A DNA stretch of 64,000 bases from Pseudomonadales bacterium (GTDB lineage Bacteria > Pseudomonadota > Gammaproteobacteria > Pseudomonadales > Pseudohongiellaceae), in NCBI GenBank assembly GCA_023256835.1, contig JALREE010000167.1, positions 1,915 to 65,914 on the forward strand, read 5' to 3'. The position numbers were made by a program, and so were the translations under genes. Positions 45,206-55,752 of the stretch are shown here, in pieces; within the stretch, counting starts at the first letter, position 1, and every line of letters begins with the position of its first letter. The notes under the pieces are model-generated. The model saw only the letters and a list, made by a program, of their open reading frames with translations, was not told where the DNA came from and searched no databases.

Positions 45206-46014
45206 TGCTGAACGTCAGGCTCGGCAGCCTGAGGCCGCGCGCGTGCCGGCTCACCCAGCGTACGGGCAAGCAGCGGTCGCGAAATGCGTGGCCAGCGCGG
45301 CATGACCGGCGTCACGGGCATCAATTGCTTGCATGCCACGATCATGTAAGCCGCGCCAACAGGAGCCTCGAAGCGTTTGCCGAAGCGTTCCAGCGCTGGC
45401 GCCAATTGCACCACTCTCGGATGGGTGAAGGGAAGCAGAAAGGCGCAATGACTGACACGCTCGACGCTGAATTCCAGCAGCTTCAACCAGTCGCACACCC
45501 TATTGGCGGAAATGAAACGCGCACTCCAGGGCAGACCGGCACCAATGCGCGTCAGTCGACGGACACCCCAGGTGCTGAGAGGATTGAAGCCCACAATCAG
45601 CAGCTTGCCGCCAGGCATGAGAACCCGGGACGCCTCGCGTAGAAGTCGGTGGGAGTCTGGTGTGTAGTCCAGGGCATGGTGAATGAGTACAGCATCCACG
45701 CTATCCGTTTGCAGCGGCAAAGCCTCCGCGCTGGCAACTGCATGCCGGGAATCCGTGCTGCGCTGAGGCACGAAAAGGAATCTGTGGCCCACCGGAGATT
45801 CCTCCAGCAGGGACGTCTCGCAGACGCCTATCTGCAAGAGGTGATAGCCGAATATCCGCGCTAGAACGGGCTCGATGACCTTGCGTTCACTCTCGAGCAA
45901 GGCCTGACCGAGAGGGGTCTCCAGCCACTGGGCCATCTCACGGAACAGCAAGGCCGGCTCCGGAAGATTCCGGCGTCGTCTGAGGCGATCGGCAATGACG
46001 TTCTTGAGTTCCAT
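45202..46014 (-). CDS. class I SAM-dependent methyltransferase
   Basis: About 270 aa from ATG 46012-46014. Occupies the same position between rnhA and gloB as in Pseudomonas. Has [14 protein letters not shown]-type motif. Confidence 0.75.
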   Translation of the reverse strand: MELKNVIADRLRRRRNLPEPALLFREMAQWLETPLGQALLESERKVIEPVLARIFGYHLLQIGVCETSLLEESPVGHRFLFVPQRSTDSRHAVASAEALPLQTDSVDAVLIHHALDYTPDSHRLLREASRVLMPGGKLLIVGFNPLSTWGVRRLTRIGAGLPWSARFISANRVCDWLKLLEFSVERVSHCAFLLPFTHPRVVQLAPALERFGKRFEAPVGAAYMIVACKQLMPVTPVMPRWPRISRPLLARTLGEPARARPQAAEPDVQH

Positions 46015-46083
46015 GGAAGCTGGTCTTGTCAATTTGGCAACGGGGGCTATGATCGCGTCCTTCTTCCTTGAAAATCAAATGCC

Positions 46084-46881
46084 ATGAGCCTTCAGATCAC
46101 TGCCATTCCAGCCTTTGAGGACAACTACATCTGGATGCTGCAACAGCCTGGCACACGGAATGTGGCGATCGTCGACCCCGGCGATGCCAGTGTGGTGCTC
46201 TCCTCGCTGCAAGCACAGCGCGTTGCCATCACCGATATTCTCATCACCCATCATCATCCTGACCATACAGGAGGGATCCTGGCGTTGCGTGAACACTTTC
46301 CCGACGCCAGGGTTTATGGTCCGCGCAATGACCTGATCAAAGGGCTGACCCATCACGTTGCAGAGAATCAGCGCCTCTGTGTGCTGGGAATGCAGTTTCG
46401 GGTACTCGAGGTGCCGGGTCATACTCTGGACCACGTTGCCTACTTCTGTGACGACTTTAATTTGAAACCTCAACCTATTGTTTTATGTGGAGATACGCTC
46501 TTTTCGGCGGGCTGTGGCCGGCTCCGCGAAGGGGCCCCTTCACAACTGCTCAACTCACTGCACAGGTTCGCACAGCTACCACCCGAGACTCTTGTCTACT
46601 GCACGCACGAATACACGGTGAGCAACCTGCGCTTTGCCTTGCACGTCGAACCGGATAACATCGCGTGCCAGCAACGATTGCAGGAATGCCTGAGCATGCG
46701 CCATCAGGGCCTGCCGACACTGCCTTCAACAATCGCTACAGAGCTGCGAACTAATCCGTTTCTGCGCTGTCGTAGTGATGAGTTGTCTGTAATAATCCGG
46801 ACACAATTCGGCCCGGATCATGTCAGCGAACTCGAGGTCTTCACCCAACTGAGACGCTGGAAAGACGGATTCACGGGTTGA
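46084..46881 (+). CDS. gloB: hydroxyacylglutathione hydrolase (glyoxalase II)
   Basis: 265 aa. Metallo-beta-lactamase motif THHHPDHTGG. N-terminus AIPAFEDNYIWML. Confidence 0.94.
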   Translation: MSLQITAIPAFEDNYIWMLQQPGTRNVAIVDPGDASVVLSSLQAQRVAITDILITHHHPDHTGGILALREHFPDARVYGPRNDLIKGLTHHVAENQRLCVLGMQFRVLEVPGHTLDHVAYFCDDFNLKPQPIVLCGDTLFSAGCGRLREGAPSQLLNSLHRFAQLPPETLVYCTHEYTVSNLRFALHVEPDNIACQQRLQECLSMRHQGLPTLPSTIATELRTNPFLRCRSDELSVIIRTQFGPDHVSELEVFTQLRRWKDGFTG

Positions 46882-46947
46882 ACTGTGCAGCATTACTGAT
46901 GCGACTGCACTGAACAAACACAACACTTTGCTTTACCGGGCTTTATT

Positions 46948-48579
46948 TTGATTTCACTTCGCCATTTGCCGCTCAACAAGCTTTCGCTTGCGATCGCGAC
47001 CACTGTGTTCTTGAGTGCATGCTCCACCATCGATCAAGGTAGCGGCTCCTTCTCGGATGATTCCACGTTGGGTGGCAGTGATTCAGTCATTGGGCGTGTG
47101 ATTGCAAATCGCGGTGCCGCAGCCCGCGTGCAAATCCCTTCCGGGGAAGCTCTGCCCTCGGATGAAATCGCCTTTCAGGACATCTGGGCGCGGCTGTCCC
47201 ACGGTTTCCAGTTCTCGACCGACCTCGACAACAGACAGATCCAGGAACAGTTGGCGTTCTATCAGAAGAACTCCAATCTGTTGCGGGTAAGCACCGAACG
47301 CGCTGAGCCCTTCATGTTCGAGATCGCAGAAGCACTTGAGCGACGCGGCATGCCAGCGGAGCTGGCTCTGTTGCCAATTGTGGAGAGCGCTTTCAACCCC
47401 AACGCTGCGGCCCCAGGCAATGTGGTTGGCATGTGGCAGATTCAGGGAGCGACTGCTCGCAGCCTCGGCCTCAAGCAAGACTGGTGGTACGACGGACGAC
47501 GTGACCCCCTGGCATCGACGGAAGCTGCCCTGGACTATCTGGCAGCACTCCACGAAACCTTCAATCGTGACTGGCTTCTCGCACTCGCGGCCTACAACGC
47601 AGGCCCCGGCAATATCCAGAAGGCGATCGATCGCAACATTTCCCGGGATCGCCCGACTGATTTCTGGTCATTGAACCTGCCGTCGGTGACCAAGGAATAC
47701 ATCCCAAAGCTGATCGCCTTGAGCCATCTTGTCGCCGCGCGCGATCACTTCGGCGTGGAACTCGCTGACATCAAGAATGAGCGAGTCGTGGAGATGGTGG
47801 AGATCGGCTATCAGATGGATCTGCAGTTCGCGGCGGGGCTGGCCGGTCTTGATCCAGTCGAGCTTTACCAGCTCAACCCCGGATTCAGGCAATGGGCCAC
47901 GCATCCCGACGGCCCGCACAGCCTCCTCCTTCCTGTCGAGCGCAAGGAAGCATTCCTCAGCGCCTTGGCAAGCGCGCCCGAGCGACCGCAGGTCACCTGG
48001 GATCGCTATGTGGTCCAGCGTGGTGACAGCCTGAGCAAGATTGCACGTCAGTTCGGCACCGATGTGAGTGCATTGCAGCAAGCCAACGGACTTGATGGCA
48101 GTCGCATCATCGCAGGCGAGTCCCTGTTGATCCCGCGCGCCTACACTGCGGGCACGCCCCTGCCGATTCCGGACGCCCCCCAGTACGCTGGGTCAAGCTC
48201 ACGTCCTGTGGCCCCGCCGGATTCCAGCCCGCAGTACACCGTTCGCTCTGGCGACACTCTCTGGCGAATTGCAGAACGCTACAACCTCAGTGTGAACACA
48301 CTGGCGCAAATGAATGGGATCAGTCTGGATGCCATTCTGAAGCCAGGCCAAGTGCTGCAGGTGAAGGCTGATACGGCCATCGTTCAGGCTGGAGGGACCC
48401 CGGAGGCATCAGCGCCGCAGATCTACACCGTCAAGGCAGGTGATTCCCTGTCGCGCATTGCACGGGAGTTTGGGGTGGCTGTCGCCGAGCTGGCTGCTTG
48501 GAATGGCATCGGCGCTGGAGATTTGATCCACCCCGGGCAGGCACTCATGCTCCACCCGGGGCTGGACAAATTGAACTGA
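46948..48579 (+). CDS. mltD: membrane-bound lytic murein transglycosylase D (SLT domain plus LysM repeats)
   Basis: 543 aa with lipobox FLSAC, SLT catalytic region (ESAFNP, AYNAGPGN) and LysM repeats (YVVQRGDSLSKIA, YTVRSGDTLWRIA, YTVKAGDSLSRIA). TTG start in the track. Confidence 0.9.
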   Translation: MISLRHLPLNKLSLAIATTVFLSACSTIDQGSGSFSDDSTLGGSDSVIGRVIANRGAAARVQIPSGEALPSDEIAFQDIWARLSHGFQFSTDLDNRQIQEQLAFYQKNSNLLRVSTERAEPFMFEIAEALERRGMPAELALLPIVESAFNPNAAAPGNVVGMWQIQGATARSLGLKQDWWYDGRRDPLASTEAALDYLAALHETFNRDWLLALAAYNAGPGNIQKAIDRNISRDRPTDFWSLNLPSVTKEYIPKLIALSHLVAARDHFGVELADIKNERVVEMVEIGYQMDLQFAAGLAGLDPVELYQLNPGFRQWATHPDGPHSLLLPVERKEAFLSALASAPERPQVTWDRYVVQRGDSLSKIARQFGTDVSALQQANGLDGSRIIAGESLLIPRAYTAGTPLPIPDAPQYAGSSSRPVAPPDSSPQYTVRSGDTLWRIAERYNLSVNTLAQMNGISLDAILKPGQVLQVKADTAIVQAGGTPEASAPQIYTVKAGDSLSRIAREFGVAVAELAAWNGIGAGDLIHPGQALMLHPGLDKLN

Positions 48580-48592
48580 GTCAGCAAGCCAC

Positions 48593-50488
48593 TTAGAAGG
48601 TGGCTGCCGGCGTCAGGTTTTCGGTAATGTCGGCGTTGTTGCGAGAATTGGCCAGGAAAGCATCGAAAGCAGCGCGCCCATCTCTTTCCACAAAAGTGCG
48701 CACCAATTCTTCGCGCTCACTCGCTTCCATCTGCGCCAGCGAACCACGATTGACACGTTGCAATTCGGCAACAATGTAGGTTCCGTTGGTCAATGCGAAT
48801 CCGCTGTAGACCGACTCTCCCTCTGCAGGAGCCGTCAGGGCAAAGACATTCTGCAACACTTCAGAATTCAAGCCGGTCTGGTCACGCGCAGCGTTGGTCT
48901 GCACGATCCATTGCAGCTCGTTGTCCGCGAGCATTTGATCGATGGGCTGCCCGCTGCGCAAGGCTGAGAGCAACTGCTCCCCCAGAGCTGCCGCACGCTC
49001 CTTTTCCATTTCAGTGCGGAGAATGGCGGCCACTTCTCCGCGCACTTCCTCAAGGCTGCGCAGAGACTCTTCGTTGTGGGTGTTGATGTTCAGCACCAAC
49101 GCTCTATCGCTGCCCATCTCCACGACTTCGCTGTTGTTGCCATCCACGAGAACCTCGTCCGAGAAGGCAGCGGCAATCACATTGGCATTGGTGGTGATTT
49201 CGGAAAAACCGCCAGCACGAGAAAACAGCTCGCTCTGCTGAATCGGCAGAGAAAGCTCCTGGGAAATCTCCGTCAGATCTGTGGTTTCAAAAGCAAGATT
49301 GGCCAGCGTCTCAAGGCGTGAGAAGTAAATCTCGTCGACTTCCGCGCTGCTGAGTTCACGGCGGATACGATCTGAGGATTCCTCAAGCGTAGGGAACTCA
49401 TTGACGTCGTATTCCGTCAGCTTGACCAGATGGACGCCAAACTCCGACACGACGGGATCCGACACCTGCCCAACCTCCATCGCCGCCAGTGCCTGCTCGA
49501 CGGCACTGGGGAATGCCGTGCCATCCGAGTAGCCGATGTCCCCGCCCTGCTCTGCCGATACCGTATCTATGGAGGCCTCAAGAGCAATAGCGCCGAAATC
49601 CTCACCGGCATCGAGACGCGCCTTGAGTGCGGCGGCTTGAGCCACCACGGACTCTTCCGTGGCACCGGCACCGACCTCCAGCAGGATATGCGAGGCGCGA
49701 CGCTGAGTAGAAGCGCTGGAAGCTGCGCGCTCTTCCTCATAACGTGCCAGGACATCCTCGTCACTGACTTGCACTTCTGCAAAGATGCCAGCCTTGTCGA
49801 GAACCACGTAATCGATCGCCACTTCCTCTTCGATCATGAAGCGGGACTGGTTGTTCTGGTAGTAGGTTTCGATCTGGTCTGCTGGTATTACCTCGCCTTC
49901 GGTACGATTGCCGAGGGTCACTGACACGAATCGGAAATCCCTGGTCTGGGAAGACAGCGCAGCAATCCGCTCCAGCTCACTCTGTGTCACGAAGCCCGAG
50001 GAGGCGAAGGCATTCGCAATCTGTCCGACTACCATCTGGTCAGCAAGCGCCTGCCGATAGGCGGCAACAGTGAAACCTTGCGTGACCATGGTCCTGACTG
50101 CGAGATCTGAATTGAATACGCCGCCTACTTGGAACTGCGGGTTGTTGATGATCTGCAGATCGATGGCATCGCTGGAAATCACGAGGGCAGCTTCCTCGGC
50201 AGACTGACGCAGGAGTCTGTCTTCGATGAGCTGATTCAGCGCCACCTGCCGAATGAGGTCTTCATCCAGGGTTTCGAGATTGCCGCCGACCGAAGTGAGC
50301 AGATTCTGCACGCTGGTAGTCAGTTCGGGCTCTGTGATTTCCTCGCCATTCACTTCCGCGACCGTGGGATTGGTCACGAACCCACTCATGATGGATTCGA
50401 CCCCGAAGAGAGCCATGATAGCGATAATGAATCCGATGATGAGCTTGGCGATAAGTCCCTGCGAATTGTCGCGTATGGTCTGCAGCAT
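48593..50488 (-). CDS. ppiD: periplasmic chaperone / peptidyl-prolyl isomerase PpiD
   Basis: 631 aa with N-terminal anchor MLQTIRDNSQGLIAKLIIGFIIAIM and a parvulin-like domain. Position after hupB matches E. coli. Confidence 0.9.
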   Translation of the reverse strand: MLQTIRDNSQGLIAKLIIGFIIAIMALFGVESIMSGFVTNPTVAEVNGEEITEPELTTSVQNLLTSVGGNLETLDEDLIRQVALNQLIEDRLLRQSAEEAALVISSDAIDLQIINNPQFQVGGVFNSDLAVRTMVTQGFTVAAYRQALADQMVVGQIANAFASSGFVTQSELERIAALSSQTRDFRFVSVTLGNRTEGEVIPADQIETYYQNNQSRFMIEEEVAIDYVVLDKAGIFAEVQVSDEDVLARYEEERAASSASTQRRASHILLEVGAGATEESVVAQAAALKARLDAGEDFGAIALEASIDTVSAEQGGDIGYSDGTAFPSAVEQALAAMEVGQVSDPVVSEFGVHLVKLTEYDVNEFPTLEESSDRIRRELSSAEVDEIYFSRLETLANLAFETTDLTEISQELSLPIQQSELFSRAGGFSEITTNANVIAAAFSDEVLVDGNNSEVVEMGSDRALVLNINTHNEESLRSLEEVRGEVAAILRTEMEKERAAALGEQLLSALRSGQPIDQMLADNELQWIVQTNAARDQTGLNSEVLQNVFALTAPAEGESVYSGFALTNGTYIVAELQRVNRGSLAQMEASEREELVRTFVERDGRAAFDAFLANSRNNADITENLTPAATF

Positions 50489-50563
50489 ATCTAACCCTGT
50501 CGTGATGTCGAAGCCAGTCGCGGAACTCTGGTGAACCAGTGGTTTTCCAGCGCCCCTTTTAAA

Positions 50564-50591
50564 CTAAAAAGGCGCATCAATGATGCGCCTT
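50564..50591 (-). terminator. rho-independent terminator downstream of hupB
   Basis: Minus strand AAGGCGCATCA-t-TGATGCGCCTT followed by TTTTAG. Lies about 117 nt after the hupB stop. Confidence 0.7.
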
Positions 50592-50707
50592 GTGAATTCG
50601 CCAGCCAGCGGCCTGATTGTGACTGCACAGCAGACGCCTGATTGTCTCATCCAACTTGCCACTAAACTGGCAAGCCGCAACCGCGCCAGCGAATCTGGAA
50701 TTCCCGG

Positions 50708-50983
50708 TCAGAGATTGACTGAATCCTTAAGCGCCTTGCCAGCCTTGAAAGTGGGAACCTTTGCGGCCTTGATCTGGATTGAAGCACCAGTCTGGGGATT
50801 TCTACCTTGGCGAGCAGCGCGCTCCTTTGTGGTGAAAGTGCCGAATCCAACAAGCACAACCGGATCACTTTTCTTGAGTGAGTCTGTGATGGCATCGATC
50901 ATTGCATCGATCACTCGCCCTGCTGTCGCCTTCGGAATATCGGCACCCGCTGCCACAGCATCGATCAATTCTGACTTGTTCAC
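50708..50983 (-). CDS. hupB: DNA-binding protein HU-beta
   Basis: 91 aa, [29 protein letters not shown]...[12 protein letters not shown]. Confidence 0.96.
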   Translation of the reverse strand: MNKSELIDAVAAGADIPKATAGRVIDAMIDAITDSLKKSDPVVLVGFGTFTTKERAARQGRNPQTGASIQIKAAKVPTFKAGKALKDSVNL

Positions 50984-51179
50984 GTTAACCCCTTATTTTT
51001 CTATGATGAATAATTACTGAAATTCTCAAGCGGCGAAATGAGTATTCAAATGCCACAATGCGCATCGCTATGTTGCCTGATTTTCCTTACAAGATAAGGA
51101 TTTCCATCCAATACGGCCGGCACTTTATACCAATTCACGGAAAGCTGTGTCAACTGAAACCCCGGCCTGCAGATGTGAT

Positions 51180-53615
51180 TCAGTGCGTATTTACGGGCAA
51201 TTCGTCCTTGTTTGCATCGCCCTCATCGACTCCCGAACCACGTCCTGGTTTTGCGATCAAATCGTCAGAAACCGGAATAGGCTGATACTCTAGAGCAATA
51301 TCAAGTACCTGATCGATCCAGCGTACTGGTCGGATTACCAACTCGGCCTTGACGTTATCGGGAATCTCGCGCAAATCCCTCTCGTTGTCTGCAGGAATGA
51401 TCACAGTCTTGATCTTGCCACGGTGCGCTGCCAGCAATTTCTCTTTCAGGCCACCGATTCGCAGCACCTGGCCGCGCAGTGTGATCTCCCCCGTCATGGC
51501 AACATCAGCCCGAACAGGAATTGCCGTCAGAGCGGACACCAAGGCGGTACACATGCCGATACCAGCACTCGGACCATCCTTGGGTGTCGCCCCTTCCGGA
51601 ACATGGATATGCAGATCGACCGTCTCATGAAACCCTGGTTTCAGACCAAGTGCAGGTGCCCTGCTTCGCACGACCGTGATGGCTGCCTGAATGGATTCCT
51701 GCATGACGTCCCCAAGAGAGCCGGTCTTGATGGTCTTGCCCTTGCCTTCCAGGGCCACGGCCTCGATAGTCAAGAGCTCACCACCGACTTGAGTCCAGGC
51801 CAGCCCGTTGACCTGGCCGACAAGGTTCTTCTCCTCGGCGACTCCAAAATCGAACTTGCGGACACCGGAGTACTTCTCCAGCAACTCAGTGCTCAGAACC
51901 ACTGGCTCGTGCTTCTTCAAAGATGAATGCTCTTTGACAACCTTGCGGCAGATCTTGGCGATCTCGCGCTCAAGGCTGCGCACACCCGCCTCTCGCGTGT
52001 AATAGCGAACCAGATCCTTGACAGCATCCTCTCCGAAAAGCAATTCACCCGGCTGAATGCCATTGTTCTGTTGCTGCTTTGGAACGAGATAACGCGTCGC
52101 AATATTGATCTTCTCGTCTTCGGTATAACCCGGAAGCCGAATGATCTCCATGCGATCCAAGAGCGGACCGGGAATGTTCATGGTATTGGACGTGCAAACA
52201 AACATTACCTCGGAAAGGTCATAATCCACTTCCAGATAATGATCGTTGAAACTGTGATTCTGCTCAGGATCAAGCACTTCCAGAAGCGCGGACGCCGGAT
52301 CACCCCGGTTGTCCATCCCCATCTTGTCGATTTCATCCAGCAGGAACAATGGATTGCGCACGCCAACCTTGGCGAGCTTCTGCAGCAGCTTGCCCGGCAA
52401 AGATCCGATATAGGTGCGGCGATGCCCTCGAATCTCGGCCTCATCACGCACGCCACCCAGAGCCATGCGCACGAACTTCCTGTTGGTGGCCCGGGCGATG
52501 GACTCTCCCAGTGAAGTCTTGCCAACACCGGGCGGCCCAACCAGACAGAGGATCGGCCCCTTGAGCTTCTTAACGCGCTTCTGTACGGCCAGATACTCCA
52601 GAATGCGAGTCTTGACCTCTTCGAGTCCGTAATGATCATTCTCGAGAACCTGCTCGGCCTTCTCGAGATCGAATCTGACCTTGCTGCGTGCCTTCCATGG
52701 AATATTAACCATCCAGTCTATATAGGTGCGCACGACTGAGGCCTCGGAAGACATCGGCGACATCATCCGCAGCTTGTTCAACTCGGACAATGCCTTGTCC
52801 TTCGCTTCGGCCGGCATACCCGCCGCTTCGATCTTCTGCTTCAATTCTTCCGCTTCATTCGGAGAATCGTCCAACTCGCCCATTTCCTTCTGAATCGCCT
52901 TCATCTGCTCGTTCAGATAGTACTCGCGCTGACTCTTCTCCATCTGCTTCTTGACGCGCCCACGAATCCGCTTTTCCACCTGGAACAGGTCGATCTCGGA
53001 TTCAATGAGACTCATCAGATGCTCGATTCGCGCCTGCAGCCCCACAAGCTCCAGAAGGTTCTGCTTTTCCTGAATCTGCAGGGACATGTGAGAGGCGATG
53101 GTATCGACCAGTCGACCAGGTTCATCGATGCTGGAAATGGAAGTCATCACTTCCGGGGGAATCTTCTTGCTCAACTGAACATATTGTTCAAATTGCGTGA
53201 GCAACGAGCGGACGAGCAGTTCTGACTGCTTGGCTGGCAACGCTTCGGGGACGAGGACAGCGATGTTCGCCTGAAAATAGTCTGCATCGTAGTCAACGGA
53301 CTTGATCCTGGCGCGATTCACGCCTTCGACAAGCACTTTCACTGTGCCGTCGGGCAAGCGAATCAACTGGAGAATGCTGGCAATGGTGCCGATCTCGAAA
53401 ACATCGCGAGCACCAGGGTCATCGTCAGTGGGGTTCTTCTGAGCCACCAGCAAGACCTGCTTGCCAGTGGACATCGCCACTTCCAGTGCCTTGATGGACT
53501 TTGGTCTTCCGACGAACAGGGGCTGAACGATCTGCGGGTAAACCACTACATCGCGCAACGGCAGCAGTGGCAATACATTTTTCGCGATTTCTGAGGATTC
53601 TGCGTGAAGACCCAT
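51180..53615 (-). CDS. lon: ATP-dependent Lon protease
   Basis: 811 aa with LON N-domain, AAA+ Walker A GPPGVGKTS and proteolytic PKDGPSAG serine motif. Confidence 0.97.
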   Translation of the reverse strand: MGLHAESSEIAKNVLPLLPLRDVVVYPQIVQPLFVGRPKSIKALEVAMSTGKQVLLVAQKNPTDDDPGARDVFEIGTIASILQLIRLPDGTVKVLVEGVNRARIKSVDYDADYFQANIAVLVPEALPAKQSELLVRSLLTQFEQYVQLSKKIPPEVMTSISSIDEPGRLVDTIASHMSLQIQEKQNLLELVGLQARIEHLMSLIESEIDLFQVEKRIRGRVKKQMEKSQREYYLNEQMKAIQKEMGELDDSPNEAEELKQKIEAAGMPAEAKDKALSELNKLRMMSPMSSEASVVRTYIDWMVNIPWKARSKVRFDLEKAEQVLENDHYGLEEVKTRILEYLAVQKRVKKLKGPILCLVGPPGVGKTSLGESIARATNRKFVRMALGGVRDEAEIRGHRRTYIGSLPGKLLQKLAKVGVRNPLFLLDEIDKMGMDNRGDPASALLEVLDPEQNHSFNDHYLEVDYDLSEVMFVCTSNTMNIPGPLLDRMEIIRLPGYTEDEKINIATRYLVPKQQQNNGIQPGELLFGEDAVKDLVRYYTREAGVRSLEREIAKICRKVVKEHSSLKKHEPVVLSTELLEKYSGVRKFDFGVAEEKNLVGQVNGLAWTQVGGELLTIEAVALEGKGKTIKTGSLGDVMQESIQAAITVVRSRAPALGLKPGFHETVDLHIHVPEGATPKDGPSAGIGMCTALVSALTAIPVRADVAMTGEITLRGQVLRIGGLKEKLLAAHRGKIKTVIIPADNERDLREIPDNVKAELVIRPVRWIDQVLDIALEYQPIPVSDDLIAKPGRGSGVDEGDANKDELPVNTH

Positions 53616-53671
53616 AATTACATCCTGAAAATACGGAGTGGCAAACTGAACTCAATGGTATTCAGGCACTA

Positions 53672-53699
53672 TCCTTGGGGCGTTCTACCGTTATTGCAA
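53672..53699 (-). promoter_or_regulatory. candidate sigma32 heat-shock promoter for lon
   Basis: Minus strand TTGCAA-13 nt-CCCCAAGGA, compared with consensus CTTGAAA-N13/14-CCCCATNT. About 60 nt upstream of the lon ATG. Confidence 0.4.
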
Positions 53700-53732
53700 T
53701 GTTCGCCGGCCTTTCGTCGTCCAACGAGCAAA

Positions 53733-55022
53733 TCAATGCTCGTCGGCCGCGGTCCTGGACTGCTGCTCTCGGTTCTCGTAAACCAGGAGAGGTTCCGACT
53801 CTCCATTGATAACCGCCGAATCGATGATGACCTTGCTGACTTTCTCCATGGAGGGAATCTTGTACATGGTGTCCAGCAACACACTTTCCATGATGGAGCG
53901 CAAGCCTCGCGCACCGGTCTTGCGCTCCTTCGCCTTCTGAGCTACGGCTTTCAAGGCCTCGTCTCGAAACTGGATCTCCACTCCTTCCATCTCGAACAAC
54001 TTCTGATACTGCTTGATCAGCGCGTTCCTGGGCTCCTTGAGGATTCGGACCAGTGCATCAAGGTCGAGTTCATCCAATGTGGCAATCATGGGCAGTCGTC
54101 CCACGAATTCGGGAATGAGGCCGTATTTCACAAGGTCCTCAGGTTCGACGTCGCGCAGCGTCTCGCCAGTCTTCTGCTCGAGATCCTTGCTGCGGACCTC
54201 AGCACCAAAACCGATACCTCCCTTCTCGGAGCGATCTCGAATGATCTTGTCTAGCCCTGCAAAGGCTCCTCCGCAAATGAACAGGATGTTGGATGTATCA
54301 ACCTGGAGAAACTCCTGCTGGGGATGCTTGCGCCCCCCTTGCGGGGGCACGGAAGCGACAGTGCCTTCGATCAGCTTGAGCAGTGCCTGCTGCACACCTT
54401 CGCCCGAAACATCACGCGTGATCGATGGATTGTCGGACTTGCGGGAAATCTTGTCGATCTCGTCGATGTAGACTATGCCGATCTGGGCCCTCTCAACATC
54501 GTAGTCACACTTCTGCAAGAGCTTCTGAATGATGTTCTCAACGTCCTCGCCGACATAGCCGGCTTCCGTCAAAGTCGTGGCATCTGCAATGGTGAACGGC
54601 ACATCCAGCAATCGCGCCAAGGTTTCTGCCAGCAATGTCTTGCCAGTGCCTGTGGGCCCGACCATCAGAATATTGCTCTTGCCAAGCTCGACACCACCAG
54701 CAGAATGCTCGTAGTTCAAGCGCTTGTAGTGATTGTAAACGGCGACGGCCAGAACCTTCTTGGCCCGTTCCTGGCCTATGACGTATTCGTCCAGGGTGCT
54801 CTTGATCTCTTCAGGAATCGGCAACTTGCGACTGCCGCCCTCGCCATCCTTTTCCTGGATTTCCTCTCGAATGATGTCGTTGCACAGATCGACGCATTCA
54901 TCACAGACGAACACAGAGGGGCCGGCAATCAACTTGCGGACTTCATGCTGACTCTTGCCGCAGAAGGAGCAGTAGAGCAACTTGCCACTGTCATCGCCTT
55001 TGTTGAAACGATCATCAGACAT
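53733..55022 (-). CDS. clpX: ATP-dependent Clp protease ATP-binding subunit ClpX
   Basis: 429 aa with zinc finger CSFCGKS...CDEC, Walker A GPTGTGKT and an IGF-type loop region. Confidence 0.97.
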   Translation of the reverse strand: MSDDRFNKGDDSGKLLYCSFCGKSQHEVRKLIAGPSVFVCDECVDLCNDIIREEIQEKDGEGGSRKLPIPEEIKSTLDEYVIGQERAKKVLAVAVYNHYKRLNYEHSAGGVELGKSNILMVGPTGTGKTLLAETLARLLDVPFTIADATTLTEAGYVGEDVENIIQKLLQKCDYDVERAQIGIVYIDEIDKISRKSDNPSITRDVSGEGVQQALLKLIEGTVASVPPQGGRKHPQQEFLQVDTSNILFICGGAFAGLDKIIRDRSEKGGIGFGAEVRSKDLEQKTGETLRDVEPEDLVKYGLIPEFVGRLPMIATLDELDLDALVRILKEPRNALIKQYQKLFEMEGVEIQFRDEALKAVAQKAKERKTGARGLRSIMESVLLDTMYKIPSMEKVSKVIIDSAVINGESEPLLVYENREQQSRTAADEH

Positions 55023-55190
55023 TAAACTATTCCTCGAATTCGACGCCGGTCCAGATTACAGGACTTTCCGGCGCTCTCCAATAGCGGCAGGTGCCGCGCG
55101 CACTCGCCTGGCATAGCCCTTGTCCATGGTCATCGGCAAAATTTCACGGCTCTGGAGCCTTGGGGAAAAAATTCCGTAGGATACCGCAGA

Positions 55191-55743
55191 TCACATGACG
55201 CGGCGGATGAGCACTCGGTCGATCAGGCCGTATTCAACGCCTTCGCTGGCACTCATGAAATTGTCTCGCTCGGTATCCCGCGCGATGGTTTCAAGGTCCT
55301 TGCCAGTATGCATGGCCATGATGTTGTTGAGTTGGTGGCGCAATTTGATGATCCATCAGCCGAGAATGTGGCAGAGCGTAGCGCTTCCCCTTCGCGCCGC
55401 CTGCAAGCAACAAGGCCCCCATGCTGGCTGCCTGACCGATGCACATGGTGCTGACATCGGGCTTGATGAACTGCATGGTGTCGTATATCGACAATCCTGC
55501 AGTGACAGAGCCTCCAGGAGAGTTGATATAGAGATGGATATCCTTGTCGGGATTCTCGGACTCCAGAAACAGCAGCTGCGCCACGACAAGGTTGGCCATG
55601 TAGTCTTCAACCTGACCAACCACGAATATCACTCGCTCCTTCAACAGCCGGGAGTAGATGTCATAGGAGCGCTCGCCGCGCGCAGTCTGTTCGACAACCA
55701 TCGGCACCAATGTTGACACGGTCAGTTCCTGCCTGTGATCCAT
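55191..55743 (-). pseudogene. clpP: clpP disrupted by internal deletion and frameshift
   Basis: Residues 1-130 (through GQAASMG and ALPHSRLM) are normal ClpP, then 20 out-of-frame residues and a stop at 55291. The normal C-terminus [53 protein letters not shown] is in another frame (55352 down to the stop at 55191). The locus is 553 nt, not divisible by 3. Confidence 0.8.
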
Positions 55744-55752
55744 ATGATCTCG

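Noticed and set aside
55351-55362. Plus strand reads ATC CAT CAG CCG (= IHQP, the motif missing from clpP), suggesting an inversion rather than a deletion
   Set aside because: It is simply the reverse complement of the retained CGG CTG ATG GAT (RLMD). Plus-strand sequence beyond it (AGA ATG TGG CAG...) does not continue ClpP, so there is no inverted segment.
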